46,020 bases of DNA from Candidatus Latescibacterota bacterium. GTDB lineage: Bacteria; Latescibacterota; UBA2968; UBA8231. Positions 9,941-19,806 of the stretch are shown here, one piece after another. The notes beneath the pieces were generated by a model. That model searched no databases. It worked only from the letters and a program-made list of their open reading frames with translations, and had not been told where the DNA came from. The position numbers were made by a program, and so were the translations under genes. The stretch's first letter is position 1. Each line of letters opens with the position of its first letter. Location of the stretch: the NCBI GenBank assembly GCA_965205655.1, contig CBDBIJ010000114.1, forward strand, positions 1 to 46,020, in the 5' to 3' direction.

Positions 9941-11671
9941 GTGAGCGGATCGTTGCAGCGTGAGGGGGAAAGGGGGGCCGCCGAACAGCGGGTTCCGGCA
10001 GTGGACGTGAGTGTCGTCATCCCCAGCTACAATACCCGCGATCTCATGGAGCAGGCGCTGCGCACGGTGATGGAGGCAGCCGTCGATTTGGAGGTCGAGA
10101 TCGTCGTGGTGGACAATGCCTCGCGCGACGGCAGCGCAGAGATGGTGGAGGAGAAGTTTCCCCAGGTCGAGTTGGTCCGCAACGAGAAGAACGTGGGGTT
10201 CGCGGCGGCGAACAACGTCGCCTTCGGCCGGACGCGGGGGCGCTACGTGCTGTTGCTCAATTCGGATACAGTAGTGCGGCCGGACACGTTGAGGTGTCTG
10301 GTAAAATTCCTGGACGACCGTCCCGAGGCGGGCGCCGCCGGTTGCAAGATCCTCAACCCGGACGGCACGCTCCAACTCGAGTCTCGCCGCAGTTTCCCGA
10401 CGCCGGCGGCCGCCGTATGGAAGCTGACGGGTATGAGCCGCCTGTTCCCCAACAGTCCGCGCTTTGCCCACTACAATCTCACTTATCTCGATCCCGAAGA
10501 GGTGAACGAGGTCGACGCCCTGTCGGGCTCGTGCATGATGGTGCGCCGCGAGGTGATCGAGCAGGTAGGGCAACTGGACGAGGCCTACTTCATGTATGGA
10601 GAAGACCTGGACTGGTGTTACCGCATGCGCCAGGCGGGCTGGCAGATCTACTACGTTCCCCACACGGCGATCATTCATTTCAGAGGACAGAGCGGCCGTG
10701 CCGAAGAGATGCGGGTGCAGTACCGGAAGAACGAGTCAATGGCCATCTTCGCGCAGAAACACATGAGGAAGACGTACCGGTTCTTTCCGCTGTGGCTGCT
10801 CCACGCAGGTATCGTCATCTACGGTATCTACTCGTTCATCGCGCCGCTCTCGCGGCGGCTCGCCCTGCCAGCACTCGACGGGCTGCTCGTGCTGACGGGG
10901 CTCCAGCTCGGCGTGACGATCCGCTACCACCCGGATCTCATTCCGACGATGGAGAGCATCCAAGCAGTGGGCAGCCAGTTCGGTGTCGATGTTCACCCGA
11001 CACGCTGGTTGACGCCGCCACCCTACTCCGAGCCGCAGTGGTCTGTGTTCTACGGCTCATCGACGGTTCTCTGGCTGTTCGCCTTCTACCTCCTGGGCCT
11101 GTACGACCGACACAAGTACTCGACGCGCCGTGCCGCCATCGCCGTCGCCCTCGGGTTCGCCTTCATCGTCACGGCCGTCTTCTTCTTCAAGGAATACAAC
11201 TTTTCGCGCCTGGCGACCGCCGCCGCCTGGGCCTTCAACACGGCGCTCGTGAGCGGCTGGCGCTTGGTGGTAGCATGGTTCCTACGCACCTCCCGCGGCC
11301 GCAGGCTGGGGAGGCGGCGAACGCTCGTCGTCGGCACTGACGGGCCCGCCGTGCAGCTGCTCGCCTACCTGGAGCGCGTCGGGGGCCTCGACTGCGAGCT
11401 GGTCGGAGTCGTCGCCGAAGAGCGCGATGCCGTCGGTAGAGAGATCGCCGGCGTCGGGGTCGTCGGCTCGGTGGAGGAGCTGGCCCGCCTGGTAAGGGAG
11501 TACGAGGTGAATGAGGTCCTGTTCACACCCGAGACGATCTCCCACTCTCTCGGGCGCGTAGGGCGCAAGGGCCGCAAGCTGCGGCTGCGCATGGTGCCCG
11601 GGTCGCTCGGAGATGTCGACGACAAGTCCGTGGCCTCGATAGACGATCTACCGCTGATAGAGATCAGGTAG
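9941..11671 (+). CDS. GT2 glycosyltransferase fused to a multi-TM region and a C-terminal Rossmann-like (CoA_binding_3-type) domain
   Basis: VVDNASRDGS, NVGFAAANN, LLLNSDT, FMYGEDLDWC; then TM helices and RRTLVVGT...VVGSVEELARLV..YEVNEVLF. Confidence 0.85.
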   Translation: MSGSLQREGERGAAEQRVPAVDVSVVIPSYNTRDLMEQALRTVMEAAVDLEVEIVVVDNASRDGSAEMVEEKFPQVELVRNEKNVGFAAANNVAFGRTRGRYVLLLNSDTVVRPDTLRCLVKFLDDRPEAGAAGCKILNPDGTLQLESRRSFPTPAAAVWKLTGMSRLFPNSPRFAHYNLTYLDPEEVNEVDALSGSCMMVRREVIEQVGQLDEAYFMYGEDLDWCYRMRQAGWQIYYVPHTAIIHFRGQSGRAEEMRVQYRKNESMAIFAQKHMRKTYRFFPLWLLHAGIVIYGIYSFIAPLSRRLALPALDGLLVLTGLQLGVTIRYHPDLIPTMESIQAVGSQFGVDVHPTRWLTPPPYSEPQWSVFYGSSTVLWLFAFYLLGLYDRHKYSTRRAAIAVALGFAFIVTAVFFFKEYNFSRLATAAAWAFNTALVSGWRLVVAWFLRTSRGRRLGRRRTLVVGTDGPAVQLLAYLERVGGLDCELVGVVAEERDAVGREIAGVGVVGSVEELARLVREYEVNEVLFTPETISHSLGRVGRKGRKLRLRMVPGSLGDVDDKSVASIDDLPLIEIR

Positions 11672-11681
11672 AATCCGCAGC

Positions 11682-11711
11682 TTGATCTCCATCTCACCAT
11701 GGACGTATGTT
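11682..11711 (+). promoter_or_regulatory. Putative sigma70 promoter for the ABC permease
   Basis: TTGATC-18 nt-TATGTT in an AT-richer intergenic gap. Confidence 0.35.
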
Positions 11712-11749
11712 AAGAATTCTAGCTTGAGATCTGCTGCCAGGAGTTCAGC

Positions 11750-12445
11750 ATGACTGAAGGTTCGCTAAAGGTCGCAGGTGGTCGCGAAATCGTCCTGCCG
11801 TTCCGCAGGGCGGTCGAGATCAGTTTGAGAAGCCTGAGGATTCGATTCAGTCGATCCCTGATCACGACAAGTGGCGTCATCCTCGCGATCGCTTTTCTGA
11901 TGTCGGTGTGGAGCAACAACGACATCATCTCCAACCTCCGAGACGCGAACAAGAATGAAATCAACCTGCTGCTTCAGCAGAATGGAATCGAGACCCTGGC
12001 GGGCGCGTCCGCGGAGGCGCTGTCGAACCTCGAGGAAGAAAAGTCGAAGCAGCTATGGCTCGTGAGTCTGTCACTGCTCGTATGCGTCGTCGGTATCGCC
12101 AATGCCATGCTGATGTCGGTGACGGAGCGGTTTCGAGAGATCGGCACGATGAAATGCCTCGGCGCTCTCGATTCATTCATCATCAGACTCTTTTTGCTCG
12201 AATCGACATTTCAGGGGGTGGCCGGCACGCTCGTCGGAGTCGCGATCGGGCTCACACTAACCGTCGCACTCGCCCTCCTCGAGTACGGCGACTTCGTGTT
12301 TCAGTTTTTTCCGGCAGCGGGCGTTATGGAGTCGGCGCTAGCCGCCGTAGTGGCGGGGACGGTGCTATCCCTCATCGGGGCGATGCTGCCGGCCTATAAG
12401 GCGGCAAAGATGGAACCGGTCGAGGCGATGCGCTCGGATACCTAG
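11750..12445 (+). CDS. Small FtsX/MacB-family ABC transporter permease
   Basis: GIANAMLMSVTERFREIGTMKCLGA, PAYKAAKMEPVEAMR. Confidence 0.9.
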   Translation: MTEGSLKVAGGREIVLPFRRAVEISLRSLRIRFSRSLITTSGVILAIAFLMSVWSNNDIISNLRDANKNEINLLLQQNGIETLAGASAEALSNLEEEKSKQLWLVSLSLLVCVVGIANAMLMSVTERFREIGTMKCLGALDSFIIRLFLLESTFQGVAGTLVGVAIGLTLTVALALLEYGDFVFQFFPAAGVMESALAAVVAGTVLSLIGAMLPAYKAAKMEPVEAMRSDT

Positions 12446-13699
12446 TGGTTGATCCAGTTAGGATTGCGGGACATTGGAACTAGCGTTTTGAGGCCGGGGC
12501 TCGTATCCTTCTCCTGAGGCCCCTTTGTCAGGAGAGGAGGAGATCGACATTGCCTAAGAAGAAGTACATCGTCACGCTGACAGCAGAGGAGCGAGCTCAT
12601 CTGCGCGGTTTGATCTCGAGGGGGAAGGCGGCGGCCTACAAACAACGGCACGCGAGGATCCTGCTGAAGACGGACCAGGGTCCGCATGGTGAGCACTGGA
12701 CCGATGAGCAGATCGAGCACGCGCTCGACGTGCATCCGAGCACGGTGGAGCGTCTGCGCCAGCGGTTTGTGGAAGAGGGCTTCGAGGCGTCGCTGCTGCG
12801 CAACGAGCAGAAGAATCGGAAAGCGAACAAGATCGACGGCAGAGCCGAAGCCCATCTGGTGGCTCTGGCCTGCAGTGAGCCCCCCGATGGGAGGAAGCAC
12901 TGGACCCTGAAGCTGCTGGCAGACCGCCTCGTGGCCTTGGAGCTGGTTGACAGTGTCGGCCCGGAAACGGTCCGCAAGACGTTAAAAAAAACGAGCTGAA
13001 GCCTTGGCGGCGGGAGATGTGGTGCCTGCCGGGCAAACCCAGTGCCGAGTTCGTCTGCGCGATGGAGGACGTGTTGGATGTCTATCAACGGCCGTACGAC
13101 TCGAAGCACCCGTTGGTTTGTCTGGACGAAACGTGCAAGCAGTTGATCGGCGAAACGCAGCGGCCCCTGCCGGTGGCGCCTGGGTGTCCGGCACGGTATC
13201 ACCATGAATACGTCCGCAACGGGGTCGCCAACGTCTTCATGATGCTGGAGCCCTTCACGGGTCGCTCCCACATCCGAGTGAGCGAACGGCGCACGATGAG
13301 AGACTGGGCTCACACCGTCAGAGATCTCGTCGACGTCCACTACCCTGAGGCGGAGGAGATCACGCTGGTGATCGACAACTTGAGCACTCATAAGAAGGCG
13401 GCCCTCTACGAGGTCTTCGAACCGGAGGAAGCCAAGCGCATCGCTGACAAACTCGACATCCACTACACCCCGACACACGGCAGCTGGCTCAACATGGCCG
13501 AGATCGGACTGAACGTGCTCTTTCGGCAATGTCTCAATCGTCGCATCGCGACGATCCAGCAGTTGGGAAAACACGTGAAGGCCTGGCTCACGGAGCGCCT
13601 CGAAGACCCGCCCGTCATCAATTGGCGTTTCACGACGGCGGATGCACGAATCAAGCTCAAGCGTCTCTACCCCGCACTGCTACCTAGTTGAACCACTAG
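12442..13699 (+). mobile_element. IS630-family insertion sequence, complete (coordinates include the flanking CTAG copies)
   Basis: CTAG at 12442-12445 and 13696-13699. Imperfect terminal IRs 12445-12470 / 13671-13696 match at 20 of 26 positions. Two-ORF transposase inside. Confidence 0.93.
12550..13691 (+). CDS. IS630 transposase (orfA HTH 12550-12999 joined to orfB DDE domain by a -1 frameshift at A8 12984-12991)
   Basis: orfA ARILLK, LACSEPPDGRKHWTLKLLA. A -1 shift at TTAAAAAAAAC gives LKKNELKPWRREMWC. orfB has the DDE motifs CLDE, LVIDNL, SWLNMAEI. Confidence 0.9.
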
Positions 13700-13722
13700 G
13701 TCCAGGCAGAGGAGAGGCCAAC

Positions 13723-14508
13723 CTGTCAGAGGCAAAAAAAGCGGCTGCTGGCGAACAGAGCGCGGATCAAGTGCGGCAGGCGGTCGTGCGTACCCAGCAG
13801 GTCAAGAAAGTGTATCGCATGGGGGACACGGACGTGCACGCTCTGCGCGGCGTGGACCTGGAGATCTATACGGGCGAGTACATGTCCATCATGGGCCCGT
13901 CCGGTTCCGGGAAGAGTACGCTTTTCAACATGGTGGGCGGGCTCGACAAACCGACGGAGGGGAAGGTCTACATCGACGAGGTGGATGTGGCTCAGCTCGA
14001 CGCTTACGAACTGGCCTGGCTCAGGTGCCGTAAGATCGGCTACATCTTCCAGTCGTTCAATCTCATTCCAGTCATGACGGCGCTCGAGAACGTGACCCTG
14101 CCGATGGTGTTTGCCGGACTCACGAGCGACGAGGCGCGGGACAAAGGGATCGACCTTCTGAAGAAGGTCGGACTCGGCGACCGGCACTCCCACAAACCTT
14201 TCGAGCTGTCGGGCGGCCAGCAGCAGCGGGTGGCGGTGGCAAGGGCGCTGGCGAACGACCCGGCCATCGTTCTGGCCGACGAGCCCACCGGCAACCTGGA
14301 TCTGCGTACCGGCACGGAGATCATCGAGCTGCTCAAGTCGATGAACGAGAGCTCCGGCGTCACGGTGATTTCGGCGACACACGACCATAAGATGCTCAGC
14401 GTTTCGGACAGGGTGGTATGGATCATGGACGGGCAGGTCGACCGCATTGCGCTGCGGGAGGATCTCGACATCGAAACCGTCGCAGTCGGGGGGGAAGGGG
14501 AAGAATAG
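13723..14508 (+). CDS. ABC transporter ATP-binding protein (LolD/MacB-type); start uncertain (CTG 13723 or GTG 13771)
   Basis: GPSGSGKST, LSGGQQQRVA, LADEPTGNLD, THD; SD GGAGAGG at 13711-13717. Confidence 0.9.
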   Translation: MSEAKKAAAGEQSADQVRQAVVRTQQVKKVYRMGDTDVHALRGVDLEIYTGEYMSIMGPSGSGKSTLFNMVGGLDKPTEGKVYIDEVDVAQLDAYELAWLRCRKIGYIFQSFNLIPVMTALENVTLPMVFAGLTSDEARDKGIDLLKKVGLGDRHSHKPFELSGGQQQRVAVARALANDPAIVLADEPTGNLDLRTGTEIIELLKSMNESSGVTVISATHDHKMLSVSDRVVWIMDGQVDRIALREDLDIETVAVGGEGEE

Positions 14509-14521
14509 AGTCGGGCAAGGC

Positions 14522-14550
14522 TTGACATCCGACAGGCCGACAGTTAGTTT
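14522..14550 (+). promoter_or_regulatory. Sigma70 promoter of the trp/aro operon
   Basis: TTGACA (14522-14527)-17 nt-TAGTTT (14545-14550). Confidence 0.75.
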
Positions 14551-14584
14551 GCCATTCCGCAGAAAACACGGATTAACGATTAAA

Positions 14585-14680
14585 ATGAACCGCATCGGAA
14601 CTTTCACAGGCCGCGACTGGTGGCGCTTCTGGTATTATAGAGGAAGCAGAGTTGAGATGCGTCTATCCGTCGAGCCGTAA
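14585..14680 (+). CDS. trpL: Attenuator leader peptide (31 aa) with clustered Trp/Phe/Tyr codons
   Basis: MNRIGTFTGRDWWRFWYYRGSRVEMRLSVEP*, located between the promoter and the terminator upstream of trpE. Confidence 0.85.
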   Translation: MNRIGTFTGRDWWRFWYYRGSRVEMRLSVEP

Positions 14681-14707
14681 CGGCGACAAATTCGAAACGG
14701 TGGTTTG

Positions 14708-14742
14708 ACCGCGGACGCAGTCGAGGCGTTCGCGGTTTTTTT
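14708..14742 (+). terminator. Attenuator terminator hairpin upstream of trpE
   Basis: ACCGCGGACGC-AGTCGAG-GCGTTCGCGGT followed by a T run. Its 5' arm can pair instead with 14658-14676 (antiterminator). Confidence 0.85.
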
Positions 14743-14777
14743 ATTGGCAGAAGCATTCGCAAGAGCAGGACACGGTC

Positions 14778-16346
14778 ATGGAGATACGACCCACTTTGGA
14801 AGAATTCGCCGAGCTGGCGAGCCAGGGCACCATGGTCCCGGTATACAGGGAGATTCTGGCCGACACGGAGACCCCGGTATCGGCTTACCTCAAGCTACGG
14901 GGACAGAGCCCCTACAGCTTTCTCTTCGAAAGCGTCGAAGGCGGCGAGCACCAGGCGCGCTACTCCTTTCTGGGCGTCAGCCCCACAACTGTGTTCCGCA
15001 CCGTCGGAGACAGGATCACAGTCGAGGACTGTCGCAGCGGCCAGCGGCGGGAGTGGGAGGGGGATCCGGTGGCTGCGCTCAGAGAGCTGATGGAACCCTA
15101 CAGACCTGTCCACGTCGACGGGCTGCCGCGGTTCACCGGGGGAGCCGTAGGGTACCTGGGCTATGACGGGATCCGCCTGGTGGAGGAAATTCCCGATACC
15201 TGCGAAGACGACCTCGGCCTCGAGGATATGGTCTTCGCCGTGTTCGACACCATTCTCGCTTTCGACAATCTGAGGCACACGGCACTGCTCATCGCCAACG
15301 CCGACCTGCGCGCCGCGGAGGCGGCGTCGGCATATGCCGACGCGGTGAAGCGACTGGGAACACTCGAAGCCGCCCTGGCTCGTCCGGTTCCCAGCGCCCG
15401 CCTGACGAGCGGCCGCGGCATCGGAGCGGTGATGTCGAACATGAGTCGGGAAGAGTGGGTACAGAGCGTGGGTCGCTGTCTCGAGTACATCCGTGCCGGC
15501 GACATCTTCCAGATCGTCTTTTCGCAGCGCTTTCAGGTGGCCATCGAAGCGGACGCGCTCGACATCTACCGCGTGTTGCGCACGGTGAATCCGTCACCTT
15601 ACATGTTCAACATCGAGCTGGACGGACTCAACATTCTCGGGGCGTCGCCTGAGATTCTCGTGCGCGTCGAAGACGGCGTGATCGACGTGCGGCCGATCGC
15701 CGGAACGCGAGCGAGGGGGGCGACACCGGCAGAGGACGAGGCGCTCGCCGAAGAGTTGCTGGCCGACGACAAGGACTGCGCCGAGCACATCATGCTCCTC
15801 GATCTCGGGCGCAACGACGTGGGCCGGGTGTCGGCGTTCGACACCGTCAGGGTAACGGAAATCAAGGCGATCGAGCGCTACTCCCACGTCATGCATATCG
15901 TCTCCAACGTGCGGGGCCAACTCAGCGACGACATGGATTCGATCGATGCCCTCTTCGCCTGCTACCCCGCCGGCACCCTTTCCGGGGCGCCGAAGATCCG
16001 GGCGATGGAGATCATCGACGAGCTCGAGCCGACTCGGCGGGGCATCTACGGCGGCGCTGTGGGCTACCTCGACTTCTCAGGCAATCTGGATACGTGCATC
16101 GCCATCCGCACGATGGTCGCCAAAGACGGCGTCGCCTATATCCAGGCGGGTGGCGGGATCGTTGCCGATTCGCAGCCGGATGAGGAATTTCAGGAGACGG
16201 TCAACAAAGCGATGGCGCTGCTGCGGGCAGTGGAAATGGCTGAGCGAGGCAGCGTGACGCCCTCCGGGGACGACATCAGCGGACTGCTCGAGGGAACCGC
16301 GCCGACCTTCCTCGTCCGCCGGGCGGAGGAGGCTGCACGGCGATGA
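14778..16346 (+). CDS. trpE: Anthranilate synthase component I
   Basis: [67 protein letters not shown]. Confidence 0.95.
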   Translation: MEIRPTLEEFAELASQGTMVPVYREILADTETPVSAYLKLRGQSPYSFLFESVEGGEHQARYSFLGVSPTTVFRTVGDRITVEDCRSGQRREWEGDPVAALRELMEPYRPVHVDGLPRFTGGAVGYLGYDGIRLVEEIPDTCEDDLGLEDMVFAVFDTILAFDNLRHTALLIANADLRAAEAASAYADAVKRLGTLEAALARPVPSARLTSGRGIGAVMSNMSREEWVQSVGRCLEYIRAGDIFQIVFSQRFQVAIEADALDIYRVLRTVNPSPYMFNIELDGLNILGASPEILVRVEDGVIDVRPIAGTRARGATPAEDEALAEELLADDKDCAEHIMLLDLGRNDVGRVSAFDTVRVTEIKAIERYSHVMHIVSNVRGQLSDDMDSIDALFACYPAGTLSGAPKIRAMEIIDELEPTRRGIYGGAVGYLDFSGNLDTCIAIRTMVAKDGVAYIQAGGGIVADSQPDEEFQETVNKAMALLRAVEMAERGSVTPSGDDISGLLEGTAPTFLVRRAEEAARR

Positions 16347-16906
16347 TCTTCGTCCTTGATAACTACGATTCGTTTACATACAATCTCGTCCAGTACCTCG
16401 GCGAGCTGGGCGCCGAGCTCCAGGTGTACCGAAACGACGTGATCTCCACCGACGAGATCGCCGCTCTCGAACCCGATAAAATCGTCATCTCGCCGGGACC
16501 TTGCACCCCTGACGAAGCGGGTATTTCCGTTGAATTGGTGCGCCGTTTCTGCGATACCATACCGATAATGGGCGTCTGCCTTGGCCACCAGTCCGTGGGT
16601 CAGGCATTCGGCGCCGCGATCGGGCGCGCTCCCTATATCATGCACGGTAAGACCTCCGACATACATCACGACGCACAGGGAATCTACGCCGGCTTGCCAA
16701 ACCCGTTCACAGCGACGCGGTACCATTCCCTCGTCGTCGAGCGACACTCTGTGCCGGACTGTCTGGAGGTGGTGGCCAACACCGACGACGGCGTCATCAT
16801 GGGCCTGCGCCACCGCGAGTACCCGGTGGAGGGAGTGCAGTTCCACCCCGAGTCAATTTTGACAGGTGAGGGGAAGGCATTGTTACGGAACTTCCTATCC
16901 TCGTAG
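16343..16906 (+). CDS. trpG: Anthranilate synthase component II (glutamine amidotransferase)
   Basis: [38 protein letters not shown]. Confidence 0.95.
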   Translation: MIFVLDNYDSFTYNLVQYLGELGAELQVYRNDVISTDEIAALEPDKIVISPGPCTPDEAGISVELVRRFCDTIPIMGVCLGHQSVGQAFGAAIGRAPYIMHGKTSDIHHDAQGIYAGLPNPFTATRYHSLVVERHSVPDCLEVVANTDDGVIMGLRHREYPVEGVQFHPESILTGEGKALLRNFLSS

Positions 16907-16915
16907 GAGGATGAA

Positions 16916-17926
16916 ATGATACAGGACGTCATTCAAACGCTCATCGCGGGCACCGACCTGGACCGGAAGACGGCTGCCGGGGTAATGAATCAGATCATGA
17001 GTGGCGAGGCGACGGATGCGCAGATCGGTGCCTTTCTGATCGCCTTGCGCTGCAAGGGCGAGACCGTCGACGAGATCGCCGGATTCGCCGAGGTCATGCG
17101 CGAGAAGGCGACGCGTATTTCGGGCGGCAAAGGAACGTTGGTCGACACCTGCGGCACCGGAGGAGACGGCTCCGGTTCGTTCAACATCTCGACGACGGTG
17201 GCGTTCGTGGCAGCCGGGGCGGGGCTGTCGGTGGCCAAGCATGGCAACCGAGCGATGTCGAGCAGGTGCGGGTCGGCCGACGTGCTGCAGGCCCTCGGTG
17301 TCAACGTAGAGGCGGGCCCGGAAAAGGTGGGCGAGTGTCTCGACGAAGCCGGCATCGGGTTCCTCTTCGCGCCCATGCTCCACGGCGCGATGAAGCACGC
17401 CATCGGGCCACGAAAGGAGATCGGTACGCGAACGGTATTCAACATTCTAGGACCGCTGACGAATCCGGCCGGCGCCAGGCGGCAGCTCATCGGTGTGTTC
17501 GACGGTTCCCTGACGGAAAAGCTGGCAGGGGTGTTGAAGGCGCTCGGTTCGGAGCGAGCCTTCGTCGTTCACGGAAGCGACGGACTCGACGAGATCACCC
17601 TGACCGGATCGTCGACGGTGACGGAGCTCAACGGCGGCGAGATCGGGACAAGCGAAATCAGCCCGGCTGACTTTGGATTCGACACGGCGCCGGCCTCGGC
17701 GCTGGCTGGCGGCGACGCCGAGGAGAACGCGAAAATACTGTCCGCTGTGCTGGGCGGCGCCGAGGGCCCGCAAAAAGATGTGGTGGTGATGAACGCGGCG
17801 GCGGCCATCGCCGCAGGGGGCGCGGCGGATGGGATTCGCGACGGAGCCGCCATGGCGGAAGAGTCGATCGCCTCAGGCAAAGCCGCTCAAGCCCTGGAAA
17901 AGCTGCGACAGGTCAGCAATAGTTGA
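16916..17926 (+). CDS. trpD: Anthranilate phosphoribosyltransferase
   Basis: DTCGTGGDG, NISTT, KHGNR, GSADVL, RTVFNILGPL, GLDE. Confidence 0.96.
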   Translation: MIQDVIQTLIAGTDLDRKTAAGVMNQIMSGEATDAQIGAFLIALRCKGETVDEIAGFAEVMREKATRISGGKGTLVDTCGTGGDGSGSFNISTTVAFVAAGAGLSVAKHGNRAMSSRCGSADVLQALGVNVEAGPEKVGECLDEAGIGFLFAPMLHGAMKHAIGPRKEIGTRTVFNILGPLTNPAGARRQLIGVFDGSLTEKLAGVLKALGSERAFVVHGSDGLDEITLTGSSTVTELNGGEIGTSEISPADFGFDTAPASALAGGDAEENAKILSAVLGGAEGPQKDVVVMNAAAAIAAGGAADGIRDGAAMAEESIASGKAAQALEKLRQVSNS

Positions 17927-18759
17927 CGGCGCACAGCGACGAAGTCTCGCCGGCGCGATCCGCAGGCACGCGATCCACATCCGGTGTCGACGTACTCGAG
18001 GAGATCGCGGCGTACAAGCACGACTGGGTCGAGCGCTGTAAATACGAGCGCCCGCTCGCGGAAGTGCGCGCGCGGGCAGGCGACGCGCCACCGGCGCTCG
18101 ACTTCGCGGCAGCCCTGGGCGCAGAGGGGATGTCGCTCATCGCCGAGATCAAGAAAGCCAGCCCCTCGAAAGGGGTCATTCGCGCCGACTTCAACCCGGA
18201 GCGCATCGCCGAGATCTACGCCGACAACGGCGCCAGGGCGTTGTCTGTGCTCACCGACGAAGCCTACTTTCAGGGCAGTGACGGCTTTCTCACAGCGGCT
18301 CGCGGGGTCGCGGGTCTGCCGACTCTGCGCAAGGATTTCACGGTCGACGAGTATCAGATCTACGAGGCCAGGGTGATCGGCGCCGACGCCGTGTTGCTGA
18401 TCGTCGCTCTCATGGACGGCTCACAACTCGACGATCTTCTCGGGCTGGGCAGAGAGAGCGGACTGAGCGTTCTCGTCGAAGCGCACGACGAGGTAGAGAT
18501 GCGGCGCGCCGTCGAGATCGGTGCGGATCTCATCGGTATCAACAACCGCAATCTGCGCACCTTCGAGACGACGCTGGAGACGACATTTCATCTGCAGCCA
18601 CTCGTCCCGCTCGGCGCCATCACCGTCAGCGAGAGCGGTATCGACACGCGGCACGATGTGGACGAGCTCGGCGCCGCCGGAATCGACGCCATTCTCGTGG
18701 GCGAGGCGCTCATGCGCGAGGAGGATATTGGTGCCAAGGTGAGAGAGCTGATTGGATAG
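17923..18759 (+). CDS. trpC: Indole-3-glycerol phosphate synthase
   Basis: IAEIKKASPSKG, LSVLTD, LRKDF, GINNRNL, SESGI, LVGEALM. Confidence 0.96.
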   Translation: MTAHSDEVSPARSAGTRSTSGVDVLEEIAAYKHDWVERCKYERPLAEVRARAGDAPPALDFAAALGAEGMSLIAEIKKASPSKGVIRADFNPERIAEIYADNGARALSVLTDEAYFQGSDGFLTAARGVAGLPTLRKDFTVDEYQIYEARVIGADAVLLIVALMDGSQLDDLLGLGRESGLSVLVEAHDEVEMRRAVEIGADLIGINNRNLRTFETTLETTFHLQPLVPLGAITVSESGIDTRHDVDELGAAGIDAILVGEALMREEDIGAKVRELIG

Positions 18760-18771
18760 GACGGCGCGAAA

Positions 18772-19764
18772 ATGGCGGATCGAAAACGAGTTCTATCGGG
18801 AATCCAGCCAAGCGGCGATCCCCATATCGGTAACTACATCGGGGCGATTCGCAACTGGGTGGAAGATCAGGAGAAGTACGAAAACTTCTTTTGCGTCGTC
18901 GACCAGCACGCCATTACCGTGGAGTACGATCCGGCCGAGCTACGGTCCAACGTGCGACGGCTGGTGGCGGTCCTGCTGGCGGCCGGGCTCGACCCAGAGC
19001 GCTGCGTCCTCTTCGTGCAGTCGCACGTGCCCGAGCACACCGAGCTCGCCTGGTTGTTGACCTGCGCTACTCCGATGGGTTGGCTCCAGCGCATGACGCA
19101 ATTCAAGGAAAGATCTGAGGGGCAGCGCGAGCAGGTCAGCGCCGGATTGTTCACCTATCCGGTGCTCATGGCCAGCGACATTCTACTGTATCAGGCAGAC
19201 GGTGTTCCCGTCGGCGAGGACCAGAAGCAGCACGTCGAGCTGGCGAGGGATGTGGCGCAGCGCTTCAACAACCTCTACGGCGAAGCGTTCAACGTGCCGG
19301 AGCCGATCATTCGGCCCGTCGGCGCCAGAGTTATGGGTCTCGACGATCCGACGAAAAAGATGTCGAAATCGGTGGACGGGCAGTACCACAGCATCGGCCT
19401 GCTGGACGATCCGCAAGTCATCCGCAAGAAGCTGGCCCGGGCCGTTACCGACTCCGAGCGCGACATCGTCTTCGACCCGAAGCGGCCGGGCGTGACCAAC
19501 CTTCTGACGATCTTTCGCTCTCTGTCCGGCGACAAGGAGAGCGACATAGAGGGCCATTTCGCCGGCAAAGGGTACGGCGATCTCAAAAATGAGCTGGCCG
19601 ACCTCGTCGTGGCTTCAATCGAGCCGCTCCAGAAGCGATACCGCGAAGTGACAAAGGATGGGGGCGGCTACATAGACGAGGTGCTGGGGCAAAGCGCGGA
19701 GCGCATCAGGCCAGTCGTGGAAGCGACCATGAGCAGGGTGCGCGAGCTCATGGGACTGCGGTAG
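18772..19764 (+). CDS. trpS: Tryptophanyl-tRNA synthetase
   Basis: SGIQPSG, HIGN, YPVLMASDIL, VPVGEDQKQH, KMSKS. Confidence 0.97.
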   Translation: MADRKRVLSGIQPSGDPHIGNYIGAIRNWVEDQEKYENFFCVVDQHAITVEYDPAELRSNVRRLVAVLLAAGLDPERCVLFVQSHVPEHTELAWLLTCATPMGWLQRMTQFKERSEGQREQVSAGLFTYPVLMASDILLYQADGVPVGEDQKQHVELARDVAQRFNNLYGEAFNVPEPIIRPVGARVMGLDDPTKKMSKSVDGQYHSIGLLDDPQVIRKKLARAVTDSERDIVFDPKRPGVTNLLTIFRSLSGDKESDIEGHFAGKGYGDLKNELADLVVASIEPLQKRYREVTKDGGGYIDEVLGQSAERIRPVVEATMSRVRELMGLR

Positions 19765-19806
19765 CCACGCGGCCAATGTGACGGACCTGAGAGGAACAGA
19801 GCTGCT

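Noticed and set aside
14555..14745. Possible T-box riboswitch upstream of the trp operon
   Set aside because: No T-box consensus or specifier stem was seen. The leader peptide model explains the region.
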